Below, piece after piece: positions 17,327 to 26,145 of a DNA stretch of 27,320 bases. The stretch lies in the NCBI GenBank assembly GCA_051439505.1, contig JBFRWI010000015.1:1-27320 (forward strand). The letters run 5' to 3'. The translations under genes and the position numbers were made by a program. The notes beneath the pieces were generated by a model. The model was not told the DNA's origin, made no database searches, and saw nothing but the letters and a program-made list of their open reading frames with translations. Positions within the stretch are counted from its first letter, which is position 1. Each line of letters begins with the position of its first letter. The stretch comes from Hormoscilla sp. (GTDB lineage: Bacteria; Cyanobacteriota; Cyanobacteriia; Cyanobacteriales; Desertifilaceae).

Positions 17327-17398
17327 ATTGTCAAGTTTTGTAACAATTGTCGGTTTCTGGTAACAAACAGCAGCATGCGCCTTGTGTAAAAAATAGAA
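17327..17398 (+). promoter_or_regulatory. Fifth, inverted copy of the 72-bp motif, pointing at the DUF1822 gene
   Basis: ATTGTCAAGTTTTGTAACAATTGTCGGTTTCTGGTAACAAA..GTAAAAAATAGAA is the reverse complement of the consensus above. Confidence 0.8.
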
Positions 17399-17494
17399 TG
17401 CTGCGAAAAGAGGAACTAATAAAGATATATGCCGATCGGGATAATTTCGCAGCCGTTCGCCAGAAAACCATCAAAATATAAGTAGGGACCGCCG

Positions 17495-18511
17495 ATGTTT
17501 ACAACTACGCAATGCCCAATAAAATTAATGAGCGACTACATAAAAACAGATCCGACAATATTCGCAGTGCCACTGACAAAAGCAGATCGTAGCATCGCCC
17601 AAAAGTTTAGCAAAGGGCAAGGTCTATCTCAACAAGCCGAACGGGTTTATCGCAATACCTTAGCGGTGTTAGCCGTGCGATACTACTTGCAGTGCCTGGA
17701 AATAGAGACAGACTCGGAGGCCAGCGATAGTTGGGATCCGGTGATGCAAACCATGGCGGATGTGGCCGATCTGGATGTTAAACATTGGGGTAAATTAGAA
17801 TGTCGTCCAGTTTCCCCCTCAGAAGAGTCAGTCTACATTCCCCCAGAAGTTTGGGATGATAGCATTGGCTGCGTTGCTGTCGCGATCGACCCTTCGGATC
17901 CAAAAGCAATAAGGGAAGCGAAATTGCTGGGGTTTGTGCCGCGCCCCCAACAGGCGATCGAGGATATCCCAGAAGAGTTGCCCATCTCAGATTTCCAACC
18001 CCTGGATGCTCTGATTAAGGCATACCACAAACAGAAAGTTACTCCCATTCAACCACGGCCTACTCCCCTATTGGTAAACCTGAAGCAGTGGTTTTCCGGA
18101 CTCTGCGACCAGGAGTGGCAACCGGTGGAATTGGTCCTCGCTGTCAACACTCGCAGCGCTGCTGTTGCCACCAAGCCAAAAGTTGACTCATCGAGTATCA
18201 GTCGCGCCAAGGTGATCGACTTGGGGATGCAACTGGCCGATCGCGCAGTAGCACTGGTGGTACGGCTGACACCCACCCCGACAGCAGAAATAGATGTCCG
18301 GTTGCGGCTGTACCCAGCAGGTAACGCCATTCATCTGCCACGGGGTCTGAAACTGATTGTAGAGGATGATACTGGAAATGCTTGTATGGAAACGGAGGCC
18401 CGAAATGCCGACAACTGGATCCAACTGGAGTTTGGCGCCCTCCCAGGGGAAAAGTTTGCTGTCAAAGTGGCTTTGTCCGATGCGGAGATAGTCGAGCACT
18501 TTACGATCTGA
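17495..18511 (+). CDS. DUF1822 family protein (full length)
   Basis: AERVYRNTLAVLAVRYYL..SDSWDP..DVADL..GKLECRPV; VNLKQW..WQPVE; C-terminal AKVIDLG..RLYP..LPRGLKL..DNWIQLEF..GEKF. The start may be at 17528. Confidence 0.9.
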   Translation: MFTTTQCPIKLMSDYIKTDPTIFAVPLTKADRSIAQKFSKGQGLSQQAERVYRNTLAVLAVRYYLQCLEIETDSEASDSWDPVMQTMADVADLDVKHWGKLECRPVSPSEESVYIPPEVWDDSIGCVAVAIDPSDPKAIREAKLLGFVPRPQQAIEDIPEELPISDFQPLDALIKAYHKQKVTPIQPRPTPLLVNLKQWFSGLCDQEWQPVELVLAVNTRSAAVATKPKVDSSSISRAKVIDLGMQLADRAVALVVRLTPTPTAEIDVRLRLYPAGNAIHLPRGLKLIVEDDTGNACMETEARNADNWIQLEFGALPGEKFAVKVALSDAEIVEHFTI

Positions 18512-18645
18512 GCCAGTTCGATCGCTTTGCCAACAAGGGTAGCACTCTCCCGATGGAAATGTCATCGGGAAGAGCCTGAAAATTTTCTCCCAAGATGAAA
18601 AAACCGATCCCGATCGGGTAAACTCTATATAGTCACATCAATCTC

Positions 18646-18674
18646 TCAATTGTCAATTGTCAATTGTCAATTGT
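18646..18674. repeat. Heptamer tandem repeat (CAATTGT)x4, STRR-like
   Basis: Read directly; other heptamer runs at about 4667-4694, 20308-20333, 21147-21167 and 26088-26125. Confidence 0.8.
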
Positions 18675-18731
18675 CCCCGATGGTGGAGTGCGATCGGCTG
18701 AGGAGGAGAAAAAACTGGAGAGAAAAAAGCA

Positions 18732-20087
18732 ATGGAAAGGCTAGTGAGACTCCATTTGATCGAGGAAAGGTCATCGGAGGGGTTCCAGGCGATCCTGAGA
18801 ATAAAAGAAGATGGCACTCAGACTAATGGGCACAATACCCTATTTAACACGGTAGGTTATTTGCCCCCATTACCACCCGATCTAAAAGCAGCAAATGCTG
18901 CTTGGCGGCAAACCTATTATGAGTTAACGGATGTACGCGGGTGCATTGCCCCCGAACCGGGGGTACGCATTAGCCCGAAACCGGGAGTGACGAACTATTC
19001 TAACTCAGACAAGAGCGAAGAGTTGGTAAAACAACTGAATTTATGGCTGAATGAAGCGGGCGATCGCCAGTGGATGAGCATCCAAAAGATGTTAACAGCG
19101 AACGGTTCTAATAATCCGCATGACGAGATTAGAGTAGTCCTGGAAACAGAATCCAGCGAGTTGCGACGCCTGCCCTGGTTAGAGTGGGATCTGTTCAAAG
19201 AGTACTACCAACATGCAGAAATTGCCCTGAGTGCTCCAGTTACAGAAATACTGAGAATCAACAGCTTGGGCTCTTCGGTGAGAATATTAGTGGCCGTGGG
19301 TAGAAGCGATGGCATTAATACCGAGTCAGACCTAGAAGTAATCGAGAGTTTAAGGGCAAAAGGGGCAGATGTCACCTGTCTAATCCAGCCGGAACCGAAG
19401 GAATTGTACGATGCGCTGAGGTCAGATATTGGTTACGACATCTTTATTTTCACGGGTCACAGTGGCAGCGGGCAGGATGGTAAAATAGGTTGGATTGAGG
19501 TCAGCGAGACCAGTAGCTTAAAAATTGTTGACTTTAGACAGGCCCTGGGACGGGCGATCTACAAAGGATTGCAGTTAGCGATTTTTAATTCCTGCGATGG
19601 CTTAGGATTAGCGGAACAAGTAGCTAAGTTGAAGCTGCCTCAGAGTATTGTCATGCGGGAACCAGTGCCAGACAAGGTGGCGGTGGATTTCTTGAAAGAA
19701 TTTTTTGAGGAGTTTACTGCGGGAAAATCGTTTTTTGGCTCAGTCAGAGAAGCAAGAGAACGTCTGGAACATTGGAATTTAGTCTATCGGGGGGCTCAAT
19801 GGTTGCCTAGCATTTGCATTAGTCCGTCAGTGACGCCGCCCACTTGGGAAAGTCTGGGTGGAGGATCTTGCCTTTCCGACGATCGCACTCCCACGGAACC
19901 GCCGCCAATGATTTCCACTGCGTCTATTCATCAGCAAAGCCCGATCGCATTAACGTTAATAGCAGTTCTGGTAGGTTTAGTTGCCGGTTGTGCCATCACC
20001 ATATCGGCGATCTTCTTGTTCAACAAATCTATCAATAGTCCAGAACCAGAACCGGTCCCCGACCAGCGATCGTCCCAATCATACTAA
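18732..20087 (+). CDS. CHAT domain protein with a C-terminal transmembrane helix
   Basis: LRRLPWLEWDLF, RILVAVG..GIN, FIFTGHS (His), AIFNSCDGLGLA (Cys), IVMREPVPD, WLP; hydrophobic IALTLIAVLVGLVAGCAITISAIFLF near the C-terminus. Confidence 0.9.
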   Translation: MERLVRLHLIEERSSEGFQAILRIKEDGTQTNGHNTLFNTVGYLPPLPPDLKAANAAWRQTYYELTDVRGCIAPEPGVRISPKPGVTNYSNSDKSEELVKQLNLWLNEAGDRQWMSIQKMLTANGSNNPHDEIRVVLETESSELRRLPWLEWDLFKEYYQHAEIALSAPVTEILRINSLGSSVRILVAVGRSDGINTESDLEVIESLRAKGADVTCLIQPEPKELYDALRSDIGYDIFIFTGHSGSGQDGKIGWIEVSETSSLKIVDFRQALGRAIYKGLQLAIFNSCDGLGLAEQVAKLKLPQSIVMREPVPDKVAVDFLKEFFEEFTAGKSFFGSVREARERLEHWNLVYRGAQWLPSICISPSVTPPTWESLGGGSCLSDDRTPTEPPPMISTASIHQQSPIALTLIAVLVGLVAGCAITISAIFLFNKSINSPEPEPVPDQRSSQSY

Positions 20088-20187
20088 AAAGTCGGGTGGG
20101 CATCGCCCAGCAAAAGGCGACAAATTAATAATTAACAATTTCCGAAAAAAAGCGATCGCTTCTAGCGGGTGCATCTCAATGCAAGCA

Positions 20188-20304
20188 CGGGCGAAGCATT
20201 TGGGTAGAAAATTTGTCTATCTCTGACTGATATTGTCGCCCAAATGCTAGCTGCTGGGCCGCTGCTGCGCAGTGGGCGCAGTGCGCGTAGCGCTACGCCC
20301 CTAC
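20188..20304. repeat. REP-like element GGGCGAAGCATTTGGG..CCCAAATGCT..GCCCCTAC between convergent genes
   Basis: Stem AGCATTTGGG/CCCAAATGCT; the right arm is interrupted by a GC-rich insert; ends in CTAC. Confidence 0.55.
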
Positions 20305-20336
20305 AGATAACCACTAACAACTAACCACTAACTTTT

Positions 20337-21053
20337 CTACATGCGCATCAGCAAATTTTTCCCATGAGTATCAGTGCCGCAGGTATGCAACAGACCGCCG
20401 TAGCGTTCTGCTAATTGTCGAACCTGCTCGGTTTGCTTGGGACTGGGTTTCCAAGGATTAGGGTTATTGTAGGCGTAGTAGGTTTCCACGCCATCAATGC
20501 CCCATCGCGCTGCTTCTGGAATCAACTGGGCAGCTGAACGACGACGATAGCGTTCCGGATGAGCGAGCACGGCTAAACCACCCGCCTGATGAATTGCCGC
20601 AATGACATTCGGCGCTTGATAATCGCTGTTAGTGGGAGCCTTACCCTGTGTATAGGGTTGCAGGCGCGGGTGTTCGGGGTCGAAGCCATAGCCGAGAATG
20701 TGAACCTCTGTTTTCAGCAAGTTAGCATTAATTTCTATCCCACTCCAGAGTTCCGGTGCCCGACCCAAGGGACGATCTGCTTTCCAGTTTAAGAGCCAAC
20801 GGAGAGCAACTTTATAGCCGCCCAAGCTGTGGTGATCCGTAATAGCTAGTCCTTGCAGACCGATCGAGATCGCCTGAGACATCACATCTTCTGGTTTCAG
20901 CTTTCCATCTGAGAAAATCGTGTGCATGTGAAAGTTGAAATTCTGGGGACAACTGTCTTCATCAATACTCTCAAACACTTCCCTTAATCTTCTTGCCGAC
21001 TCATTTTCCCCTGCTAGCTTGGGTGAACTCCGAACTTCAACTACATTAACCAT
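20337..21053 (-). CDS. PHP domain metal-dependent phosphoesterase
   Basis: FHMHTIFSDG, AITDHH, GIEIN, VHILGY, LAHP, GTDTHG motifs. Confidence 0.93.
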   Translation of the reverse strand: MVNVVEVRSSPKLAGENESARRLREVFESIDEDSCPQNFNFHMHTIFSDGKLKPEDVMSQAISIGLQGLAITDHHSLGGYKVALRWLLNWKADRPLGRAPELWSGIEINANLLKTEVHILGYGFDPEHPRLQPYTQGKAPTNSDYQAPNVIAAIHQAGGLAVLAHPERYRRRSAAQLIPEAARWGIDGVETYYAYNNPNPWKPSPKQTEQVRQLAERYGGLLHTCGTDTHGKNLLMRM

Positions 21054-21367
21054 CTCACCTTACCGCTTCTAATTACTGACTCTACTATAGCCAACTTTTT
21101 ATTTTGTTACCTTGCATACACAAGCAATAGGAGCGATCGCTTCGGAGTCAGTTGTCAGTTGTCAGTTGCTGTCGGGGGCCTTGGCTAGTTTTTGGGGATG
21201 TTCCACTATCTGATAATTACTAATTGACATAATCGATCATATATGACTTTTTATGACTATTAAAATCAATTGCAAAAATCAACAAGTTTTGGGAAAGATT
21301 TGATTCCATCAAGCCCGCGCAGGCGGGCGAAAGTGATTGTAGCCGCACCCTTAAGGGTGCGGCTAAT

Positions 21368-22816
21368 TTATCGCTGAGATTGCAAATACTGATTAATATC
21401 AGCGGCACATCCAGTAGCCCTGAGCACGCAGTCTGGCAAAGCGACACCATCAATATAGTTACTACACAGATAGATCCCAGGCAGCTGCTGAATATTTGCA
21501 GTTATCTGCTGCCAACGCTGTTCGTGACCGAGGGTATACTGAGGAATTGCCCTTTGCCACAGATGCACTGCTAGAACTTTTGGCCGTGCATCTGGCTGGA
21601 GCAGAATTTTACACAAGTCCTGATGGACCGTTTGAGCAATTTGCTCGCTGTCTAAATCAGCAATTTCTGGATCTGTGGCACCACCGATAAAGCTAATTAG
21701 CAGTTGCCATCCTTGGGGTGCCCGGCCTGGAAACAGACTGGAAGCCCAGATCGTGCCCAAAGTTCTAATTCCCTGACTTCTGGGAATCAGATTACCAAAG
21801 CCCCGCAGAGGATACTTGAAAGCCGATGTGGGATAGGCTAAGACAACGCTAGCTACGGGTGGGTAGTAGAATTTCCGTAAGGCTTGACTAGCTTGGGATG
21901 CTATGGGTTGCAACAACTCTGCTGCCACATAAGCTGGTGATGTGATAACTACTGTCCGAGCTTCTATCTGCTGAACGTCTTCGGCTGTGGCAAATCGAGC
22001 CATGTAGGTTTGCTGCTGGGTAGGATGCAAGCTAGTGAGACGCCACTTCAGTTTTACAGCATCGCCTAGTTGGGAGGCGATCGCCTCCGGTAAGGCTTGC
22101 AACCCCTGCTTCAAGGATCCCAACTCTCCTGGTTTAGTTTTCGGCAAGTTTGGGTTCGGCGTCACCGGTTTCCGGTTTTTCCGGGACATTATTGCCCCGG
22201 CTAACAGTCCGCCACCGACTGATTCCAACTGTACCACCCGCCGAAAAGCCGCTGCCGCACTCAACTGATTGACATCACCAGCATAAACCCCAGAGACAAA
22301 AGGCGTCACCAGGCGTTCCATCACCTCTGCACCCAGATGACGCCTGAAGAATTGGGCTATCGTCTCCTCGCCACCCTGTTGAGACAATTGGGAGCCCATT
22401 GCTGGTGGTACAAACCCCAAAGCACCGATCAGGGCCCGGAGTTTTCCCGGCCCACTCAGTAACTGGGAGCTGATAGCCGCTGGTGGACTCATGGGCACTG
22501 GATGCAGTTTACCCTGCCAGTAGACAAAACGGGGTAAGCGGCGGTCAGCTAGAATCAACTCCTGTTCTAGTCCCACATCCACAATCAGCTGCAACATCTC
22601 TGGTTTGGGTTGAAAACTATTGGGGCCTTCTTCCCAACAGAATTCTCCTGAGCTTGTGGTAGTGATGCTTCCCCCGACTCGTCCGGTGCTTTCAGCGACG
22701 TATATCTGCCTGTCATGCTGCTTCTGCAAGCTGTAGGCCAGAGTCAAGCCGCTAATACCTGCACCGACAATCAGGGTATCGAGGACCTTGGCGGAAGGAG
22801 TGACTGAATCGGTCAT
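21368..22816 (-). CDS. hemY: Protoporphyrinogen oxidase (HemY type)
   Basis: IVGAGISGL FAD motif, WEEGPNSF, PFVSGVYAGD, LGTIWASSLFPGRAP, AIPQY. Confidence 0.92.
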   Translation of the reverse strand: MTDSVTPSAKVLDTLIVGAGISGLTLAYSLQKQHDRQIYVAESTGRVGGSITTTSSGEFCWEEGPNSFQPKPEMLQLIVDVGLEQELILADRRLPRFVYWQGKLHPVPMSPPAAISSQLLSGPGKLRALIGALGFVPPAMGSQLSQQGGEETIAQFFRRHLGAEVMERLVTPFVSGVYAGDVNQLSAAAAFRRVVQLESVGGGLLAGAIMSRKNRKPVTPNPNLPKTKPGELGSLKQGLQALPEAIASQLGDAVKLKWRLTSLHPTQQQTYMARFATAEDVQQIEARTVVITSPAYVAAELLQPIASQASQALRKFYYPPVASVVLAYPTSAFKYPLRGFGNLIPRSQGIRTLGTIWASSLFPGRAPQGWQLLISFIGGATDPEIADLDSEQIAQTVHQDLCKILLQPDARPKVLAVHLWQRAIPQYTLGHEQRWQQITANIQQLPGIYLCSNYIDGVALPDCVLRATGCAADINQYLQSQR

Positions 22817-23046
22817 AGGGCATAGGGAGAGTAATTGAACAAAGCGTCTAGATAGATCCGGGCAGCTCTACGATAACTGTATTGAGCCTCTGGAGTTTTA
22901 CCATTTCCATTTTGCAACAAAAACAGAGACAGAGCTGCAGAAAATACCCGGTCTTGGTCCCAGTCCGGATGGCTATCTAAGTAGGTTCTGACCGATTCAT
23001 GCAGATCTTCGGGGATTTCTGCCAGGATACTCACATTGGTACGCAT
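22813..23046 (-). CDS. DUF2811 domain protein
   Basis: VSILAEIPEDLHES..YLDSHPDWDQDRVFSAALSLFLLQNG; start moved to MRTNVS (ATG 23046) after GGAGG; overlaps the hemY start by 4 bp. Confidence 0.88.
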   Translation of the reverse strand: MRTNVSILAEIPEDLHESVRTYLDSHPDWDQDRVFSAALSLFLLQNGNGKTPEAQYSYRRAARIYLDALFNYSPYAL

Positions 23047-23323
23047 GTCTAGCCTCCATGATGTAACGAGCGCGAGCGCGACTAGCGCTATATATGACGC
23101 TGACTCGGTCGGTGGCTTTATTGTGCGCTCACAGACCATGGGATTGTCAATGTTGCGAAATGTTGCAACTGGCCTCACCGAGAAATTTTTTTGACGAAAT
23201 CATCAGCCTTTCAGGGGGATTTTCTTTACATTCCTTTACAAACAGGGGCAGTTCGGGGTCTCAAGGGGCGAGACTGAGAAATCCCCAATCAAATTTAACA
23301 GACCCGCTCGTACCGTGCCTCCT

Positions 23324-23395
23324 TGTGGAAAACCTGCGGTTTTATTGTGGAAAACTGCCCTATGCTTGTGGAAACAATGTGGAACCTGTGGGGAT
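23324..23395. promoter_or_regulatory. Cluster of DnaA-box-like nonamers
   Basis: TGTGGAAAA (reverse complement TTTTCCACA) at 23324 and 23346; TGTGGAAAC at 23367, TGTGGAACC at 23378, TGTGGGGAT at 23387. Confidence 0.65.
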
Positions 23396-23549
23396 TTTTC
23401 TGGCGAATGATAAGAATCACAAACTCTATGACAAATTATGTCAAGAATTGTTAATTGTTAATGGCTGATTGCTAATTGAACATATCCGCTTCCAGATATT
23501 GACAAATGCCATAATCTATGTTAAGGACTCATTTTTCCTCCGGAAGTGC

Positions 23550-25205
23550 TCAACTGTGACCGATAACTTGATAAACTTGGCGTTGTTCAAACAGATCGAG
23601 TAAGTCACTGTTGATTTTGTTGGCGGCAGCTTCTTTGCGCATGATTTCCAGCACCATTTCCACGGGGAAGGCGTCCTTGTAGGGGCGATCGGGCGCTGCC
23701 AGAGCGTCGTAAATATCAGCAATAGTGATAATCTGAGTTTGAATGGGAATATCTGGCTGCTTGAGAGCTCGGGGGTAGCCGCTGCCATCTAGCTTTTCGT
23801 GATGGCCATAGGCAATAATGGGAATATCTTGAAGATGGGGAGTCCAGGGAATGCGTTTGAGAAACTCGTAGGAGTGAGTGACATGAGCTTCGACTGCCAA
23901 CCGTTCTGCTGGCGTGAGAGTTCCCTTAGTAATCATCAGTTGAGCCATTTCTTCTGGGGATATCAGTGGTTTGAGCTGACCATCAACATCCAGATAACGG
24001 TATTCAGAAATTGCCCTCAATTGCTCTTCTACCTCTGGAATTAAAATTTCTGAGGAGTGATTTTCCCAAGATTCCGGTTCATTAACTTTTAGCAGTATAT
24101 CCCAGTAATAATTCAACTGCTCAATCTTCTGGGTCACTTGGGTATCCAGTTTCTCTAGCTGATGGCAATTCTGACATTCCCGATCGCCCCCGTGGGTAGG
24201 ATGCTCTAGTATATGCTTGAACTTAGCTCGATCGCATTCCATTTCCAGAGTCCGTTTTGCCAGGGCAAACCTGTGACGAATCACTTCTAGCTGTTCGGGG
24301 TAGAGTTTTTTTCGCTTTTGCAAAATCGCTTCGGGAATCCCGAGTTTGCCAAAGTCATGTAACAGGGAAGCGTAGCGAATTTGCTGAATTTGGTGCTCGC
24401 TCAACTGAATAGCTTTCATCGATCCAGTTGTCACGTCATTAACTTCTTGACTGAGCCTGACTGCGAGTTTTGCTACTCGTCCCGAATGACCAAAGGTAAT
24501 TGGGTCTCTCGCTTCTATCAACTGAATTGACGCCTTCACAAAACTTTCAAACAGGTTTTCTACACTTTCTTGCAGGTGATTTCGTTCAATAGAAATTGCT
24601 GCCATCGACGCGAGACTACGGACTATGCGCTCTTCTGATTGAGAATAAGGCTGAGTCACGAGCAGGGCATTTTTATCTGTGACGATCTCCTCTGGCCTCA
24701 CTTTGCGATTTAGCAGTTGCAGCACGCCTATGATCTGGCCATTCTGGTTTTGCATGGGCAGCACCAACACCGAGCAAGTGCGGTAAGAAAAGTCGCGGTC
24801 AAAATTGCGATCCAGTTGATAGGGAACTTCTGGTGGTAAATTATAGGCATCGGGCAAATTTAAGCTTTCACCGGTGATTGCCACATACCCGGCCAAGCTT
24901 TTTAAGGAGATCGGCATGGCAAACTCCCGAAAGGATGCCGCAGGCAGAGAATCGTTTTGCGCTGCCTTAAATAGCAACATATGAGTTTCGTCGCTGCCAT
25001 CGATCAGGTATACACTCCCAGCGTCACTACAAGTAATTTCCCGACTCTTCTGTAAAATTAAATTTAGTAATTCTCCCAAGTTATAGCTGCCCGAAAGCGC
25101 CGTTCCTACGCCCAGCAGTTGCTCAATCAGTTCCGCCCTACGTTCTGATTCGATCCAGTGCCAGTCATCTTGGTTAAATACAGTCCCCAGATGCAATCCA
25201 TCCAT
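23550..25205 (-). CDS. GAF + HD-GYP domain phosphodiesterase
   Basis: GAF (SDAGSVYL, SLAGYVA, SVLVLPM, GVLQL); GHSGRVA, LLHDFGK, HHEKLDGSGYP, IADIYDAL..DRPYK. Probable start ATG 25205 after AGGAGG. Confidence 0.92.
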   Translation of the reverse strand: MDGLHLGTVFNQDDWHWIESERRAELIEQLLGVGTALSGSYNLGELLNLILQKSREITCSDAGSVYLIDGSDETHMLLFKAAQNDSLPAASFREFAMPISLKSLAGYVAITGESLNLPDAYNLPPEVPYQLDRNFDRDFSYRTCSVLVLPMQNQNGQIIGVLQLLNRKVRPEEIVTDKNALLVTQPYSQSEERIVRSLASMAAISIERNHLQESVENLFESFVKASIQLIEARDPITFGHSGRVAKLAVRLSQEVNDVTTGSMKAIQLSEHQIQQIRYASLLHDFGKLGIPEAILQKRKKLYPEQLEVIRHRFALAKRTLEMECDRAKFKHILEHPTHGGDRECQNCHQLEKLDTQVTQKIEQLNYYWDILLKVNEPESWENHSSEILIPEVEEQLRAISEYRYLDVDGQLKPLISPEEMAQLMITKGTLTPAERLAVEAHVTHSYEFLKRIPWTPHLQDIPIIAYGHHEKLDGSGYPRALKQPDIPIQTQIITIADIYDALAAPDRPYKDAFPVEMVLEIMRKEAAANKINSDLLDLFEQRQVYQVIGHS

Positions 25206-25885
25206 TTTTTTCCTCCCTCCTCTTGGTAGAGCGCAGTTCGGCTCCCTAACTGGCTCATGCCCGATCGGTCGCCTACGGAATGCTTTGTGACCATTATCCC
25301 TCATAGCCAAGGGTTAGGCATGGCAGTCAGCGGCTTGCCGCGATTCAAATCAGAGTGGTTCCAGTGGCATCTTGCCTTTGGGAGGTCGGCGATGCAAGTC
25401 GATCCACCGGCTCGGACTAGACCCTCAAAACTTTCCATGGCTGACCAAATTAGCACCAGTTTTTGCCGGTGGTATGGGCACGGGATGCGATCGCGATCGC
25501 CCTCACTAGACTGCTGTCGGTACCCTTCCCGCAGTAGCCAAAGCTACTTTTTGGTAAAGTACCAATACATTTTTTTGACGCTGACGGGCAAAATTTTGTA
25601 GTCTAGGTTACAGAAACCTAGGATATTTGAGGTATATGCGGCCAGTCGAAACTGCGACGTCTGCCAAAAAAGCAGAAGGAAAGATGAAACTAGATTTGCA
25701 GCAGCGGAAATTAGGGACGCAGTCTCGCTATAACTGGTCGTCCGAGAGCAACCGGTCCCAGACGGAACTGGCACCGAATCAGTGGGTGCAATTTTGCCTG
25801 TGAAAAGTCGATTTGGCAATTACCGGTGTAAATAGATCCCGATCGGCTGGTGCTAGAATAGAAAAGTCGAGCGGGATAGACCCAG

Positions 25886-26092
25886 ATGAATCGACTTGAG
25901 TTGAGAGTAGAATACAGCTTTGATGTCGAAAGTGGAGCAGTGATTGCCACTGTGCCAGATCTCAATTATGTTTCTTCCTTTGGCAAGGACTTTGCTTCCG
26001 CTAAGAAAAACGTGACCGAAGCAGTGCAGGTATATTTGGAAGCTAGCTTCGCTTCCAGATCCGATAGGCGATCGCAAATTGGGAATGGTTAA
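25886..26092 (+). CDS. HicB-like (UPF0150) antitoxin, orphan
   Basis: IATVPDLNYVSSFGKDFASAKKNVTEAVQVYLE matches the HicB N-terminal pattern. Confidence 0.7.
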   Translation: MNRLELRVEYSFDVESGAVIATVPDLNYVSSFGKDFASAKKNVTEAVQVYLEASFASRSDRRSQIGNG

Positions 26093-26125
26093 TTGTCAAT
26101 TGATAATTAGCCATTGACAATTAAC
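26088..26125. terminator. AT-rich hairpin between convergent genes
   Basis: GTTAATTGTCAAT..ATTGACAATTAAC perfect 13-bp stem. Confidence 0.55.
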
Positions 26126-26145
26126 AAGACCGAATTTGCCATCTT

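Noticed and set aside
23047..23468. DUF2811 N-terminal extension and ORF 23094-23468
   Set aside because: No protein-like features; they span the promoter and DnaA-box region.
23324..23480. Chromosomal oriC
   Set aside because: Only two perfect boxes and no dnaA/dnaN adjacent; kept as a DnaA-box cluster only.
1441..25965. Numerous short antisense or overlapping ORFs in the track (e.g. 3683-4054, 8542-9021, 11753-12127, 18188-18565, 25257-25965)
   Set aside because: Shadow ORFs of well-supported genes or intergenic ORFs with no recognisable motifs.
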